Assembly: GCA_964016885.1 (NCBI GenBank)
Contig: OZ024743.1
Coordinates: forward strand, 117,056,001 to 117,120,000
Source: Eledone cirrhosa
Taxonomy: Eukaryota
Length of the DNA: 64,000 nucleotides
Reading direction: 5' to 3'
Position 1 is the first letter of the stretch, and each line of letters begins with the position of its first letter. This document shows positions 27,169-42,554 of this stretch, in pieces. Made by a program: the position numbers and the translations under genes. Below the pieces are notes generated by a model, which saw nothing but the letters and a program-made list of their open reading frames with translations, did not search any database and was not told where the DNA came from.

Positions 27169-28799
27169 TAATGTTATGAATTTGGTACTAACATAACGCC
27201 AGGCATACTGAACACACCTGTCCATTTACATCGTGAATTCACGATTCACTACGCTGGACTATACATTTTAACTCTCTAGAAACTTGTACACCAAACCAGC
27301 GAGAATGGTTCTGTGTAACTAATCAATCTACTTTAACCATATCTTGCTAACTAAAAAAAAAAGATAGGCCTGGTTAAAATGTTATGATGGTCACGTCCTG
27401 AACACATTTGATCATATTTCTGGCGGATTAAGGCAGAATTGCGTTTTAGATAGCAACTACATCAACAACAAAAACATCAACGTATAACTAACAAACATAG
27501 TTATAGAGACACTAGAATAACTATGTTTAGTTAAAATAACTGAATGTTCTATATTTTGTCGTCAAGTAATTATTTACAAATGATCATATTATCTATCAAT
27601 CTGTCCTCTCACCTTTATCATTAGCTTTAACGTTTCTAAGTATCTTTCAATTTACATATGAACATTGAGTTTGTGGTATTGAGGACGAAAGCTTTCATTT
27701 ATTCATTTATTTATTTATTTATTTATGTATTTATCTATTGATTTATTTATCAAATTCTTATTTGTTTATTTATTTGTTTGCTTATCAAGTCTCTATTTCT
27801 TTTGTGAATTCGCTAGAGTATTAGTGCATCCAGCAGAGCATAGAGTAAGTGTAGCTTAGAGAGTCGGTTGGTATATACTCAACAGAGCATGAAGTCAGAT
27901 TATTTTCTAGTGAATTAGAGTAACCCAGTATAGTATACACGTCACTCACAAAGTAACGAAAGAATGATAAAGAAATATGAAGATAGTGAATATGCTGATG
28001 ATGATGATGATATTGATGATGATGATTTTGATATTATTATTATTATTATTATTATTATTATGAACACCAGAAGAAACATCATTATCAACAACAACAATAA
28101 CAATAATGATAAAAGAAAAAGAAACTACAACAATAATTCTAGCAAAAAGAACATAATGGTTTCAGCAGAAATATTATTATAAATGAAAAGAAAACTGAAA
28201 AGGAATCCCCCCCCCCACACACACACGCACACATGCACATAAGACAAACAACAGAAAAATCAAAATAAGAAAACAAGACAAGGTATAAACGAAACACAAA
28301 ATGTTGAGGTGAGACCTTTTGTAAAAACTACGAGATGGTAAAAAGAAGAAAATAATAATAATGACCAACAGAGTTGTTTGAGGAAGACAATAGAAAACGA
28401 ATGAAAGAAATACGGAAAGATGAAGAGAGAGACTGAGAAAAATAGAGATTAGAAGAGAGAGGAAGAAGAGCCATTACACATACACATATACAGACACATA
28501 CACATATTTATATTCGTATGATAAGTATTTGAGTTTATTTATTTGGAAGAGGCTGATGCTTCCTTCCCTCTGTCATTTTTCAGAGTTTCTTGCTACGCGC
28601 GTGAAATCTAGGTGACATAAAAGATGAATCAAGGGGGATTATTTGGGGTTAATGGAGATAACATACAATACGATTCCCATTGGTCGACAACGACTATGTG
28701 GCAGGCTGGAGGGTACTCTAGCAGGAGTAACAAGGCGGTAACCAATATCAACCAATGAAATGTAGCTGGATGATAAATCATACTGGCCAATAAAAAATA

Positions 28800-29240
28800 T
28801 ATTCATCATTCGGCCTTTTGCAGTCTGACCAAATGGCAAACTTTACAACATTGGGATTTGAACACCTTCAAGCAGGTCCAGTCGAAAGCAGCTGTTCATC
28901 CTACTGGATCCCTATTTTGCTCAGGGTCAACCCCTGGGTCTCTGGCTTGTTAGTTTTGCCTATAAAATCAGTCCAGCGATTCTTTTCTGAGACATTCTAA
29001 CCCCACGTCCGTAATATCGGACCAGTGATCCCTCAATTCGGAGAAGTAGTGGATCTACCTGGAGTGACTGCTTGATCTCCGAGCTACGCCCTCTATCGAG
29101 AAACGTTACTCGAAAGACCCTGAGGAGAAATCTTATTCCGGCTGCTTGTTTTCGTGATAGTATACTTTCGCTCATTGTCCAAGATACACAATGATAGGGA
29201 CAGGAATACTGAAATGTAGAATGACCATTTCTAACGTCAC
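28800..29240 (-). mobile_element. RTE LINE 3' fragment
   Basis: QAAGIRFLLRVFRVTFLDRGRSSEIKQSLQVDPLLLRIE..VRMSQKRIA. Confidence 0.8.
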
Positions 29241-30304
29241 TGAAAATCCAGCGCTTTTAATAAAAGGTTGCCACATGCCTACGACTATATACAGTACTGA
29301 TTTAAACTCATTTATTCAGTTTTATGCACTACATTCTACCTTCTACTGTGAACTACAGTATCCCCTACCCATTATCCCCAAACTTTACAATTGTTTCTTA
29401 TCACAGGTATGTTCCGTATTCAGTATCTATGAACATAGTAATCCTCTTCAACACTGCACCTGATACCTTTTCTTTACTATGTTACAAAGATATATCCAGA
29501 AAAATACATTAATTAAACGATAGATCGTTTGATATATAAATTGCAAGATAGATGGTTATGTATTAATTTTCTTGCCAATGTCATATTATATTCATAATAA
29601 CGTATGCTGTCTCCTGTAATGAATAATATTGTTTTACCCCAACCACAGTAGTTATTTTTTGTTAACTACTAAATGTTCATTGAATTAAGTGTGTTAACAT
29701 ATTATGTCTTAAATTTACAATAACAAGTTTTATCATGCTGAGCTCTCAATACAAATTGTATATAATTATGTAGTTTAAAGAGTTAATGAGAAAAATGAAT
29801 GAAAACTTAAACGCAAAAGTTTGGCCGAGATGTTCCATATGCATATATATTGTACATAAGTAAAAAAATGTTTTAACTTGTACGCAACGTTACACATTTT
29901 GAAGAATAGTGACTAAGAACAACTCCATTACTAAACTGCTTACTTCAAAGGCACAAAGACTCTATTATGTTATATGGCCCAAAACATTATTGTATCCTAC
30001 TCCTATATATGCAACGTAACTACAAATGTTACGTTGCACTAAAGGCTCTTTCCTTGCGAATGCACATATCGGATATAGAAAAGATTTTATCCCAAGTCAG
30101 GTCTCTTTCTAGAGCTAGAAAATACGTCAACACCCATCGTTACCAACAGATATTAACCAAGAAAACTGAAATGAAACAAACTAAAGCTCTAAGCAGAATG
30201 TATATATATACACATATATATAAATATATATATATGAGTGCGTGCATGTGTGTATATATATATATACACACACGTACACACACGCACACGCACACATACA
30301 CACA

Positions 30305-30467
<163 letters not shown>

Positions 30468-31794
30468 AGAGGTTATATTTAATTTGTTGGGATACAACAA
30501 GCAAAGTATTTTGCTCTGGTGGCCCTTGAAATATGTATAATGAAATAAATATGGTTTTATAAATATAGTTTCCATTTGTTAATATATTGTATATATATAT
30601 ATATATATACCGACATGATGGCTGCCCCCTCGTTATCGAATATGGCCATTGCACGAGATACCATTATGAATAATTATTAATTAATTCGACCGTGCAATGC
30701 CTGTGCGTGAAGATTTTCTTTTAAGTGAGGAAAGATTCTTCTCTGAGCCAATCCCACTCTCTAAGTGACAGTAGCTATAACCCGAAAAGAAGAAAATATC
30801 AACATCATCGGTAACTACTGAACCACAGGTTTTATGTCGAAGTTATCCCGGAGTTATATACTGACACACATATATATATATATACACACAAATACACACA
30901 GAGATAAACTCTAAACACTTTAGCATCTTCTCGTCTCTCTGTACTGTATATAGCTTTGGATAAAGCACTTACTATGTGTCATAGAGGAAGAATGCTCATA
31001 TTTCTGGTACAGTGCTGTTGCTACACACACAAGCATATTAGACCACATCTCCGGAAAGAACACTCGACTATTAGATTGAAATCTTTCGTCAATACACACC
31101 AGCCCCTGGCCTCGAGATGCACTGTATCATCTCTCTGTTTTTATACAATTAAGAGAGTGATATCTACCGCCAGGAACGGGCTAATTTTATGTTTCGCCCA
31201 CACGGGCAGTCCCAACTAAAACGTCTATCACCCTCTCATTTACTACAAATACAATGATATATGTCGCTAAGAACGTACTAATTTCTTGTTTCGTCCACTC
31301 AGGTGGTCTCAAATAACACGTCCATTACTCTCTCATCATACATATTTTCCCGTCCTTCCAAATACTGCACCAATACCTATCTTCTCTAGCCAGCTCTCAG
31401 AACGTTGACCTCTTAAATTTCTTCCAAGGCACGCATTTTCTTGCTCCAACGAACACTTTAAGAATGTTAATAACATCAATTTCACAGGTTTCAGTTAGTC
31501 GGCGACAGAGCTGGCAACAGAATCTTCCTCTTGAACCAACCATCCCTAATTCATATTGTAGAAGTTCACAAACTAAGAGATGGCGTTTGGCCTTACAAGT
31601 CAGTAAAATCTAGGTTCCTAGGTAGCTGTTTCATGTGAGAACACTGACTCTGCAAATTAGAATTTCCTGTAAAGTACTTCAGACGGGCCTCTACATTTTC
31701 CACACAAACAAATCCACTCGAAATCCTTGGGCCAATCTGAGGCTATGTAAAAAGAGATTTGAATAAGAAATCATGCCATTGGAACTGGCCATAT

Positions 31795-31832
<38 letters not shown>

Positions 31833-31854
31833 ACACACATATATATATATATCC

Positions 31855-32050
31855 GTGGATTATTCTAGGATGAGAGAATGTGTACTTAATACCGAAGTAG
31901 GATTTAAATATTCATTTATTATGCTTAAGCCTTGAACCTTGTTAATTTGGAGTTTCCTCTACGTGCTCATAGGTTCTTGCTTGATCATACCGTGAATTTC
32001 CAGGTAAAATTCCAAAGTAACAAGGCTCAACACAAGCTATAATGAATGTA
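31855..32050. mobile_element. Old inverted pLTR pair with decayed HHR
   Basis: Degenerate arms 31908-31955 / 32007-32050; cttg-cTTGATCA-tacc..ggta-aaa..TA-acaag. Confidence 0.45.
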
Positions 32051-32705
32051 TATATTTATAAATAAATATATACATAGAAATAGAAATACATATTTATACG
32101 TGTGTGTAAGTGTGTGTGTAAGTGTGCGTGTGTTGTGCGTGTCTGTGTGTGCATGTATAAATGTATTTATATATATATTTCTTATATTATAAGGCTCGGA
32201 AATGTTTTTACTTGTGCTATTTTAATTGTAAGGGAATATTCTGAGTTTCTAACAAAATATTTACTTTTGATAAATTCAGCTCCTAGAAATGTGTAGAGAT
32301 TTTTATGTCGAGGTAATCTGGCTGCTATTTTAAGTAACATACGTTTTACGAGACACGTTACGCACTGAATGTCATGTGCGTTATTCTGTCTTAAACACGC
32401 GCCTCATTTAGTCTTCTAAGAAACCTAGAAGTGAAAGGTTCACTAATCTGTACATCCAATGAAGAGCAATCAGATTGGTAAATCCCTTCACTTGATGTGA
32501 AACAGTTTTACCAAAGACTGTCTAGATGTTTGATAGTTATGACGATTCGGTTTGTATTATATCTTAATTTATTCTTTAATTCAGTCTGGCAAACCGTATT
32601 GTTCATAGTTAGTTAGTATCTTATTCACCCTGGCGTTTTAGGTCCCTTATGATTCGAACACATATATGTATATATCTGTGTTTATCTCTCTTTATTATAT
32701 CAAAT

Positions 32706-32820
<115 letters not shown>

Positions 32821-33356
32821 GTATATATATATGGGTGGACGTGCGTGTGTATCTGTGGACATTCCTTTAGATGCATGCTAAACTTAGATAATAGTATGTT
32901 ATATTACTCACTACAAAATGTTTACCAAACATTTAACATTTCTTTATGCTTATATAGCAAAATATGATGGGAATGGAATAGCGTTAAGTTTCCAACTGTT
33001 TCAATGTTCCAGGCCATAGCTTAGTGCCACCAGGTCTCATGAGTGGAATTGGAATTTTGGATAGGCCGACAAATTAATCAGTGGAATGTTTCATAAGTAG
33101 TCGATTTTATGTACAGTGAAAAATATTAAGTTTTAATATAATATATAGATATTTATATAAAATGCAATTACCGCATTGGGAACATGTGTTGTCATGCATA
33201 GTTACATACATACGTACCTATATACTTACATGCATACATACATCTTTACAAATACACCCACACACATGTATATATGTATAAATATATGAATGCATATATG
33301 AATATATATAAATATGTATATATGCAAACACTTACACATGAGCATATATATGTATG

Positions 33357-33427
<71 letters not shown>

Positions 33428-33721
33428 ACGCTCATACACTCATAGACATATATATCTCAAGACATGCGTATTTATAGGTATATGTATATATATGGGGAAG
33501 GGGCTGCATGCATGTAGGTTGGTTCATGAGAGTGTGTTTGGATTTACTAATGTCAAATGGAACTTGTATTTTAGGTGTGCGCAAACGTGTGAACCTTCCT
33601 TGAATGTTTACTTTTGCATACAGACAACATATGTGCTTACCAATTCCTGTCTGTTTTGATAATTAAAAAATAAATACATGCATTTCCCCATATGTGCACA
33701 TGCACAAACATCATTTATATA

Positions 33722-33811
<90 letters not shown>

Positions 33812-33844
33812 TATATATTAATATATATATACACACATTTATAC

Positions 33845-33883
<39 letters not shown>

Positions 33884-33884
33884 G

Positions 33885-34004
<120 letters not shown>

Positions 34005-34224
34005 GATAAGCGTCTCTTTTAGCAAGGTTGACTGACTGGGCATCAGACTGAACCCCCATGAACTTCATTATGGTCCCCCCTAGTATCTAACAACGTGCAA
34101 TTTTATCGAGCGTAGAATGATTGAAAGCTAATTCCACCCTTAAGCACCACACATTCAGAACCACACATGTTTGAGTTTTCTACCCTTAATGCTTACTCAT
34201 TATGTTCGACGTCGTCACCCTCAG

Positions 34225-34315
34225 CATCATCAGCCTTATCAGCATCATCATCATCATTATCATCATCGTAGTTATCCCCCTCCTCCTCGTCCTCCTCCTC
34301 CTCCTCCTCCTAATC

Positions 34316-34396
<81 letters not shown>
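34225..34396. repeat. (CAT)n/(CCT)n trinucleotide tract
   Basis: Direct. Confidence 0.95.
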
Positions 34397-34397
<1 letters not shown>

Positions 34398-35599
34398 ACA
34401 ATGCAGGTTTATAATATACATATATCTATATACTTATAAAAATGATATTTGTTTGTTTTAGGTTGACCGCTAATAAAATTGATAAATTAAGTTTTCTGTG
34501 TGTTTTCAAAGAATCTGACCTCTAACAAGCTCGCTGTAGACACATCTGTCCGAAAACGGAATCGTGGAGATTTTACTGCTCTTTTAGCACACCGTCCGTC
34601 ATGCTATATATACAGAGAAACAGTACTCCATCTCGCACTCAATCCACCTATCCCTCTCTCTAACTAACTAAAACTTTTCTAGCTATTTCCGTTTGTTTTC
34701 GGCTGATCTGGAATCTACCTCACTCACCAACGATTCGGTTTTCCGGAAACGGAGGCAGGTGTCAGGAGGCCTCTTGGAGTTATAGATAAGCACATCTTGG
34801 CTGTTTAAATTTATATAAAGTCCCCCGAAGGGGATCGGGAGGAGACATTTTTTCGATAGTTTTTTTCGTGTGTTTTCAAGTAATCTCATATCCAACGCGG
34901 CCATAATCACCTTTTTCCGAAAACGGATTGGGGTGGGGGGTGAGGTGGAACATATAAAGTATATGTGCAAATACGTCAAAAATGGTTCCGATGGTGTCAT
35001 GTTTGCGGTACAAAAATGAAATATGTCCGACGAGGTGTTCAACTTCCAACACAGCCAATATATCAACAGCAGAGAGGAGATGCGAGGGGATGACATTCGG
35101 CTTTTCCCAGTCTCGGAGATTTCCTCTGAGGGAATATTTTCCTCTTCTAGGTTTTTTCGTTTTTTTCTACCGAAATGTTGTCTGACTTACTCATTTACGA
35201 ATCTTTTTTCCCTGAAACGGACGCGAGCAGTGAAAGGGACTCTGATGTTACAGATATCCAGCTCTCAGCCGTTTACATATTTTGAAAAGCACCAGCTGGG
35301 GTTCACGGAGAATTTTTTCCGAGGTTTTTTTCATGTTTTTTCAACGAACCTGACATGTGACATACTCGCAATCGGCTTCTTTTTCGAAAACGGAATTGGA
35401 GGGGACCCTTGAAATTTCCCAAATCGGAGATTTCTTCAGTGAGAATTACAGAGGCGGGAAGTGAGGGGGTTCCTCAGAGTTACTGACAAGTACCTTTCAG
35501 TCGTCTAAATTCATAGAAAAGTAATCCCTTGATACTGAAGGATGTTTTAATTCTTCACCATATTTTATGGTTGGAGAAAGCGTTGTAAACTTGATTACT

Positions 35600-36420
35600 C
35601 AAATGTTCCCCAATTTCAAGATACACAATTCCAAAGAGGAAAGGCTGTGTGAAAGAGTAATCATTGCCCTCTAAAACACCACAGTGAATGCCAATCACTC
35701 ACAAATTGTCCCTGGCGGTAGCTAGACCTATAAAGCTATAGCTAACGTTGTTGACGAGTTCAAAGCTGTTCATTATCCCGTTGAATGTCTTAACAGACTG
35801 AAACCAACCGGTATTATGCCACACAACATTGAATTAAAGAAGATCACAGCTACCATGCTTCTTAGAAAGCTGGATCAGCCTCACATTATAGAAGTCAAAA
35901 TCTTCACTGGTTGTGGTAAGGGAGACACCGTATTGATACCTAGAATGCCGCTAATAGGAACAGTTGTCTCGTTTCGTTTCAAATGATTACAATTCCCAAT
36001 CAGAGTCAGTTAGGCAATGAATATTAACAAGTCCCGAGGTCAAACACTCCTGGTTATTGGCTCCATCTGGAAGAGGGCAGTTTCCTACATGACCAATTGT
36101 ATGTAAGTTGTTTGTTCAAGATAAAAAAGCCATCACAAACTTTACTTTTCATATATACTCCAAAAAAAAAAAAACAGGTTGAAAACATTGTATATACTAA
36201 AGTTCTGAAAATGCTTTATAATATTTGTAGAATACATTCTATTATTTTCTTTATCCCTTTTTGCATTTACATATTCTAAATAGATTTTTTAAATTATGTT
36301 ATGCAATTTTTAACATCTTTTATTTCAAGGAAAATGTACATTACGATAGATGTCAATAGGTGCCTTAACAATAACTTTGAGCACAGTACAGACCGGGGCG
36401 AATGCAGGGAGGCCGCTACA
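35600..36420 (+). pseudogene. Old Helitron PIF1-helicase C-terminal relic
   Basis: LCERVII..YPVECLN..PHNIELK..MLLRKLD..TGCGKGDTVLIPRMPL..LQFPIRVS*AMNINKSRGQTL; 34600-35500 may belong to the same element. Confidence 0.85.
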
Positions 36421-36425
36421 TGTAT

Positions 36426-36489
<64 letters not shown>

Positions 36490-37529
36490 CGTATTTTCAC
36501 CCAGAAACACACGGATGGGGACACACATATACATACTTCAGATCCCTTTTATTCGAGGAATCAGTAAATAGAGAGAGGACTCTTAACTGATGAAGTTACA
36601 CTGGCACCGTCTTGACGTGCTTTGTATCTTAGCCATTTTACGTCCTGTGGTGTCTACCACTCACCCGGTGAAACACAATCGATGTCTTTCAAAAAAAAAC
36701 AACAACAAAAAGAGTTAGAGTCTTAGATAAAAACACATGAAGGAGGAAACGAGCATAGAACTGGATTGACACTACATTTCATGTCCTGTGAAGGAGAAAA
36801 ACAAAAGTTGACTTCGATGAGATTTGAACTCAGAATGAAATGAGGCGAAATAATTATAGAGACATTTTTAATCCGATGACCCAACGACCTGTTACTTCAC
36901 TGCATTTCGCGAAGTAGACTGTACCAGTATGACATTATCGATTCCGTATATACACATGGAAAAGACGAAACGCTACATTTTGGCCCCAAAATTACAATTT
37001 TTCCACGTATCTCATGTAAGCGTCGAACCTGGTTCTTTGCAGAAAACTAATACACAAGCAAAGATATTCATAAGAGCTATGGGAAATTATTTATTTGTTT
37101 TAGTAGTATGAGATGTGTTTTGTTCCATAGATACATCTGTAATAATATTGTAATTCATTGTTTACCAATTTTGAATTCATTGTGGGCTACGTCATATTGG
37201 TGTAGTATGTTGAATTGTATTAGCATCCGTGTAATAAACCACCTCATGATTTTGACCTAATAAAATATTTTACTTTTCCGCCAGTATATACGAAGTTTAT
37301 TCTTATCCAGCTTACTTCTCTTCACAGGATCACTACCCTTAATTAATTAACTTTTGCCTATCTTGTCCAGTACAATACATACAATTGTTTCAACAATTTC
37401 TGTAGAATTTTAAACGCAAACTTCAGTAAGATTACAAGTAATAATTTCTTTTCTGTTTGTTCTAGTATTCTCATTTAAAGTAGATTCCAGTGTATATCGA
37501 TAGGTCTTTGTTGTTTTTGTCTATGTGGT

Positions 37530-37655
37530 CGATTAGCTTTGCCTTTCATCCTTACGGGTCGATAAAATAAAGTACCAGTAATGCACTGGGATTGATTTAA
37601 TCGACTTTCTCCTTCCCCAAAACTTTTGGCCCAATGCCAAAAGCATAAACCAATA
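37530..37655 (-). mobile_element. Rearranged SINE fragment
   Basis: Family core tttgcctttcatccttacgggtcgataaa (core reads on the plus strand; head missing). Confidence 0.6.
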
Positions 37656-37707
37656 TTACCAGCATCTACTACTACTGCTACGACTACTGCTGCTGCTGTT
37701 GCTGCTC

Positions 37708-37740
<33 letters not shown>

Positions 37741-38014
37741 ATAATAATAATAATAATACTGCTTCAAGTTCATTCATGCCCTCTGTTTCTGAACAGGTTT
37801 ATAGACAGTCCTATAAGTGTTTGTATGTCATATATATCTCCTTATAATATATAACCAGCAATTTCTCTGTCTGTCTGTCCGACAGTGGAATCACGTGCGC
37901 GCGTACGAATGTTTTTTGCGCACGCGACGCGTAGAGAGAGAGTGAGAGTGAAAGAAAGAGACAGACTACAAGAGGGGGATAGCGGAGGGAGAGAGGGGGG
38001 AATTGAGGAGTGCT

Positions 38015-39445
38015 ACAGAAACATATATACATTTCTGTGTGTGTGTAATATATAAATATATATACACACACAGAAATATATATATATACACACAGAAATA
38101 TATATACATTTCTGTGTGTGTAATATATATATACACACAGAAATATATATACATTTCTGTGTGTGTAATATATATATATATATATACACACACAGAAATA
38201 TATATACATTTCTGTGTGTGTAATATATATATATATATATATACACACACAGAAATGTATATATATTTCTGTGTGTATATATATATATATTACACACACA
38301 GAAATGTATATATATATACACACAGAAATATATATACATCCCTTTGCTATCTCTCTCTCTCTCCAGCTATCCCTCTCTTTTAGTCTGTCTATTTCTCTCA
38401 CTCTCACTCTTTCTCTTTGTAACACACTAACATTCCTCCCCTCCATCGCTGTGACGAATGGGGAGATAGAGGAGGAGGAGAGAGTCACTTCGTCACTTCA
38501 CCTCTGCCTTTCTTTCTCTCCCCTCCCACTCCCTCATTACGTACAGACATTAGGGCGGTGGATTGGCAGAATCTGTAGAGAGTCGGACACCATGCTTCAT
38601 AGCATGGAGTTACGTCCCTTTACGGTCTGAGTTAAAATACCGCCGAGGTTAACTTTGCCTTTAATCCTCACGGGGTCGATAAAATAAAGTACCAGTAATG
38701 TACTGGATAATTGCTGGCCTTTTGCCAAAAGTAGAAACAATTATTAGAAACATTGCTTCATTTTTACATATCTAAGCATTAGTAAAATAACTAATAATTT
38801 CAAAAGTAATTTTTCAATTCCAGCAAAACATTAATAATAATTTTGTTCTAAGAAATATATATAGATTTCTGTGTGTGTAATATATATATATATATATACA
38901 CACACAGAAATATATATACATTTCTGTGTGTGTAATATATATATATATACACACAGAAATATATATACATTTCTGTGTGTGTAATATATATATATATACA
39001 CACACAGAAATATATATATATACACACAGAAATATATATACATTTCTGTGTGTGTAATATATATATATATACACACAGAAATATATATACATTTCTGTGT
39101 GTGTAATATAAATATATATATATATACACGCACAGAAATATATATACATTTCTGTGTGTGTAATATATATATATATACACACAGAAATATATATACATTT
39201 CTGTGTGTGTAATATATATATATATACACACACAGAAATATATATATATACACACAGAAATATATATACATTTCTGTGTGTGTAATATAAATATATATAT
39301 ATATACACGCACAGAAATATATATACATTTCTGTGTGTGTAATATATATATATATATATATATGTAAGAATATTTTCGAAACATAGTCAAAATACGGCGA
39401 TAGCTTACATATATATATATATATATACACACACAGAAATATATG
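38015..39445. repeat. Hairpin-unit minisatellite in two blocks (38015-38340, 38850-39445)
   Basis: ~36-42-bp unit acacacagaaat-atatatac-atttctgtgtgt plus a variable (TA)n spacer. Confidence 0.95.
38551..38743 (+). mobile_element. Full-length SINE
   Basis: A/B boxes and family core. Confidence 0.9.
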
Positions 39446-39979
39446 GGCATTTCTCTATTTGTCTGTATGTCTGTCCTTCCCTAAAACTCAAATGTAGGTG
39501 CTACAGAAGAAATATTACCTTCCCCTTCCTTTCTCGACGTTGGTACTACCAAGAGAAACACTGTCGCTATAGAAACATTACCTTCCCCTCTCCACTGACT
39601 TTGGTCACTGAGGCCGAGGGAATTGCTGTTTGCTATAGACACCTTGCACAAGCCAGAAGTAACCAGTTCGAGGCAGTTCTGACTTGACACCATGCCAAGG
39701 ACCATTTGAAGATATATTTCCATCGTTATATCATAACGTTTATGTATCATAACGTTTATATTTCCGTCACTAATCTCTTTTTCTCTTTTTCGTTTTAACA
39801 TATATTTATTTCAACGATTTCACCGTATAGATAACATATATATTTATACATGCATAAAAGACACACCGAGAGACGGTGAACATGTGGTGCCGAAAACATT
39901 TATCATCCAAATCTCAACAATATCAGTATATACACTAGATTTGCTAGCAGAAAACCGCCCACCGGGTGTTTTCTGCTAG

Positions 39980-40880
39980 TCTACTTATATATATAACCAG
40001 CAATTTCTCTGTCTGTCAGTGGAAACGCGTGCGTAGAGAGAGAGTGAGAGTGAAAGAAAGAGACATACTACGCGAGGGGGATAGCGGGAGGGCGAGAGGG
40101 AGAGAGAGAGAGTGAATAGACGCTAAAACACGTGCTACAGAGACATTACCTTCCCCTCTCCTCTGACTTTGGTCACTGAGGCCGAGGGAATCGCTGGTTG
40201 CTATAGAGACACCTTGCAAAAGCCAGAAGTAACCAGTTCAAGGCGGTTCTGACTTGACACCATGCAAAGAAGGTTGCCATTTAATTTGTGGTTGTTGCTG
40301 CTGATAATAAGGACCATTTGAAGAAGGTTGCTGCTGATGAGGTAATTTATTAATCAGATTGCGCAGTTCCATAACCTACGTTTGATTTGTTCAATTTTTT
40401 TCTTCAATTTTTTTTTTTTTTTTTTTTTATTTCTTATTGAAAAAATATAAATAATAAAATAACGTTAGAAATTTAAATACAATTAAATACGATTTAATTT
40501 CCATTTCCAGCAGCCAATGTCCAGTGTTCAATTTCATGAAAAAATTGGAAATAATTCAAAAAATTGAAGTTTAACTTTTGAACATTTGTTTTGACAATAA
40601 AAAAATATTTCCTTATTCACACCTAATGGTATGATTAAAATTTCATAGGAATATTTTTTTCTAACCGCCACTTATTTATTTTCTCCTTTTTCGTTTTAAC
40701 ATATATTTATTTCAAAGATTTCACCGTATAGATAACATATATATTTATACATGCATAAAAGACACACCGAGAGGGGTGAACATGTGGTGCCGAAAACATT
40801 TCTCATCCAAATCTCAACAATATCAGTATATACACTAGATTTGCTAGCAGAAAACCGCCCACCGGGTGGTTTTCTGCTAG
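39980..40880 (+). mobile_element. Non-autonomous Helitron copy 2
   Basis: Same 5' and 3' ends as copy 1; junction CTAG|TC. Confidence 0.88.
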
Positions 40881-41493
40881 TCTATATATATAACACTGAG
40901 GATGTCTGTCTGTGTGTGTGTGAGTTCAAATCCTTAAAACTCGAGAACCACCAAACCGACTGTTTTCAAACTTTGCACATGTAACAGGGAGTGTTATGCA
41001 CATAACAAATTCAACTTTTTAATCTCCTAGCGCCCGCATTAGGTGAACAACTGCGTTTTTTAAGCTTTTTAGGGGATTTTTGAGGCGTTACGTCAGACCG
41101 ATTTCCTTAAATTGTAACTATGTATTAGCCAGTCTCTTCTACATACCGTGAGCAAAGAAAATCCAACTTATATATGGCCTAGGGCCCGCATTAGGTGAAA
41201 AACTTCATTTTTTCAGCCATTTAGGGCTTTTTGGAAGAGATACGTGTAGCTGATTTTCGCGAAATTTCAAGGCAAATTATGCACATAAAAAAATTACTTT
41301 CTTGATCTCCTAGGTGAAAACCTGCATTTTTCCTGCTTCATCGAGGAAAATCTTAAAGATTATCCAGCCATCAGAGTATTCGGTTTATTTTCTTTACATA
41401 TTGTCCAGGCATGCAGTTTTTCCACAATTAGGTCTATTAGCGGCCCGCGTTCCAAAATACCTTATCTCGTGCAACGCCGGGTACCGCTGCTAG
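40881..41493 (+). mobile_element. Non-autonomous Helitron, different family
   Basis: TCtatatata start; 3' cgtgcaacgccgggtaccgctgCTAG|T, almost identical to the end of 16014-21602. Confidence 0.88.
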
Positions 41494-41562
41494 TATTTAA
41501 CAAGTATGGATGTATATATGTTTGTGTGTATCCATGTATGTATATCTGTATGCATATATGGA

Positions 41563-41603
<41 letters not shown>

Positions 41604-41617
41604 GTGTGTGTGTGTGT

Positions 41618-41662
<45 letters not shown>

Positions 41663-41761
41663 AATATGCATGTATGTATATATAAACAAGTATGTTTGTA
41701 TATTTACATATACGCTCCGTATCCCTCTCTCTTCTCCAATACCCCCCTCTCTCTCTCTCTT

Positions 41762-41831
<70 letters not shown>

Positions 41832-42554
41832 TATACAGAGAGAGTGAAATAGAAGGATAGATATAGATAGATAGATAAATAGATAGATAGATAGATTTGT
41901 ATATATATATATGTGCTTATGTGTGTGTGCGAGTGTGTGTGTGTGTGCGTGTGTTTGTGTTTGCGTGTATGTGCGTGGACATATATATATATATGTGTGT
42001 GTGTGCGTGTGTATGTGTGTGTGTGTATCGCATTTGTGTATGTGTGTGATAAAGAGAGGCCGAGAAATTTCCTAGATCATCTTGGTTGCTCATGCGTCCA
42101 ATTTAGCACATGTTCGTTATATCGTCACATGTGATAGAACGGCTTTTAATGTGTTTTTGTTTGGGAGGTGGTGGGAGCTGAGGTGGTGGTAATGCCCGTG
42201 GTAGAAGCAGTGGTAGATTTGTTGTTTATGGTAATGGTGGTAGTGTTTGTGATGCTAAGTTCCCTAAGAAATGTCATCATGCACATATTTCCCAGCTTAT
42301 TGAATCGCTCGTATTGTTGAAAATATGCTCCAGATACCGTTAAAAACCAAACAAAACAAAATGAACATGGATAAAAAATAATATAAACCAAGAAAAGACA
42401 ACCACCACAAAGAAAAAAAAAATTCAAGCAATAAATATTCACATACTGATGATAATCTCATTCTCATATACTCTTCATGGTCCTCAACGTTGTTGTCGTT
42501 GTCACACTTTATCTTTCTCCTCATCATCATTACCATCATCATTATTATGTCGGT

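Larger units (their letters stand above)
37837..39979 (+). mobile_element. Non-autonomous Helitron copy 1 (with satellite and SINE inside)
   Basis: A|TC..ataaccagcaatttctctgtctgtc start; 3' hairpin ctagcagaaaacc..ttttctgCTAG. Confidence 0.85.

Noticed and set aside
36588-36685. CTGATGA...GAAA hammerhead
   Set aside because: No convincing stem I or stem II
38015-39445. CRISPR-like palindromic repeat array
   Set aside because: Spacers are only (TA)n, there are no cas genes, and the context is eukaryotic
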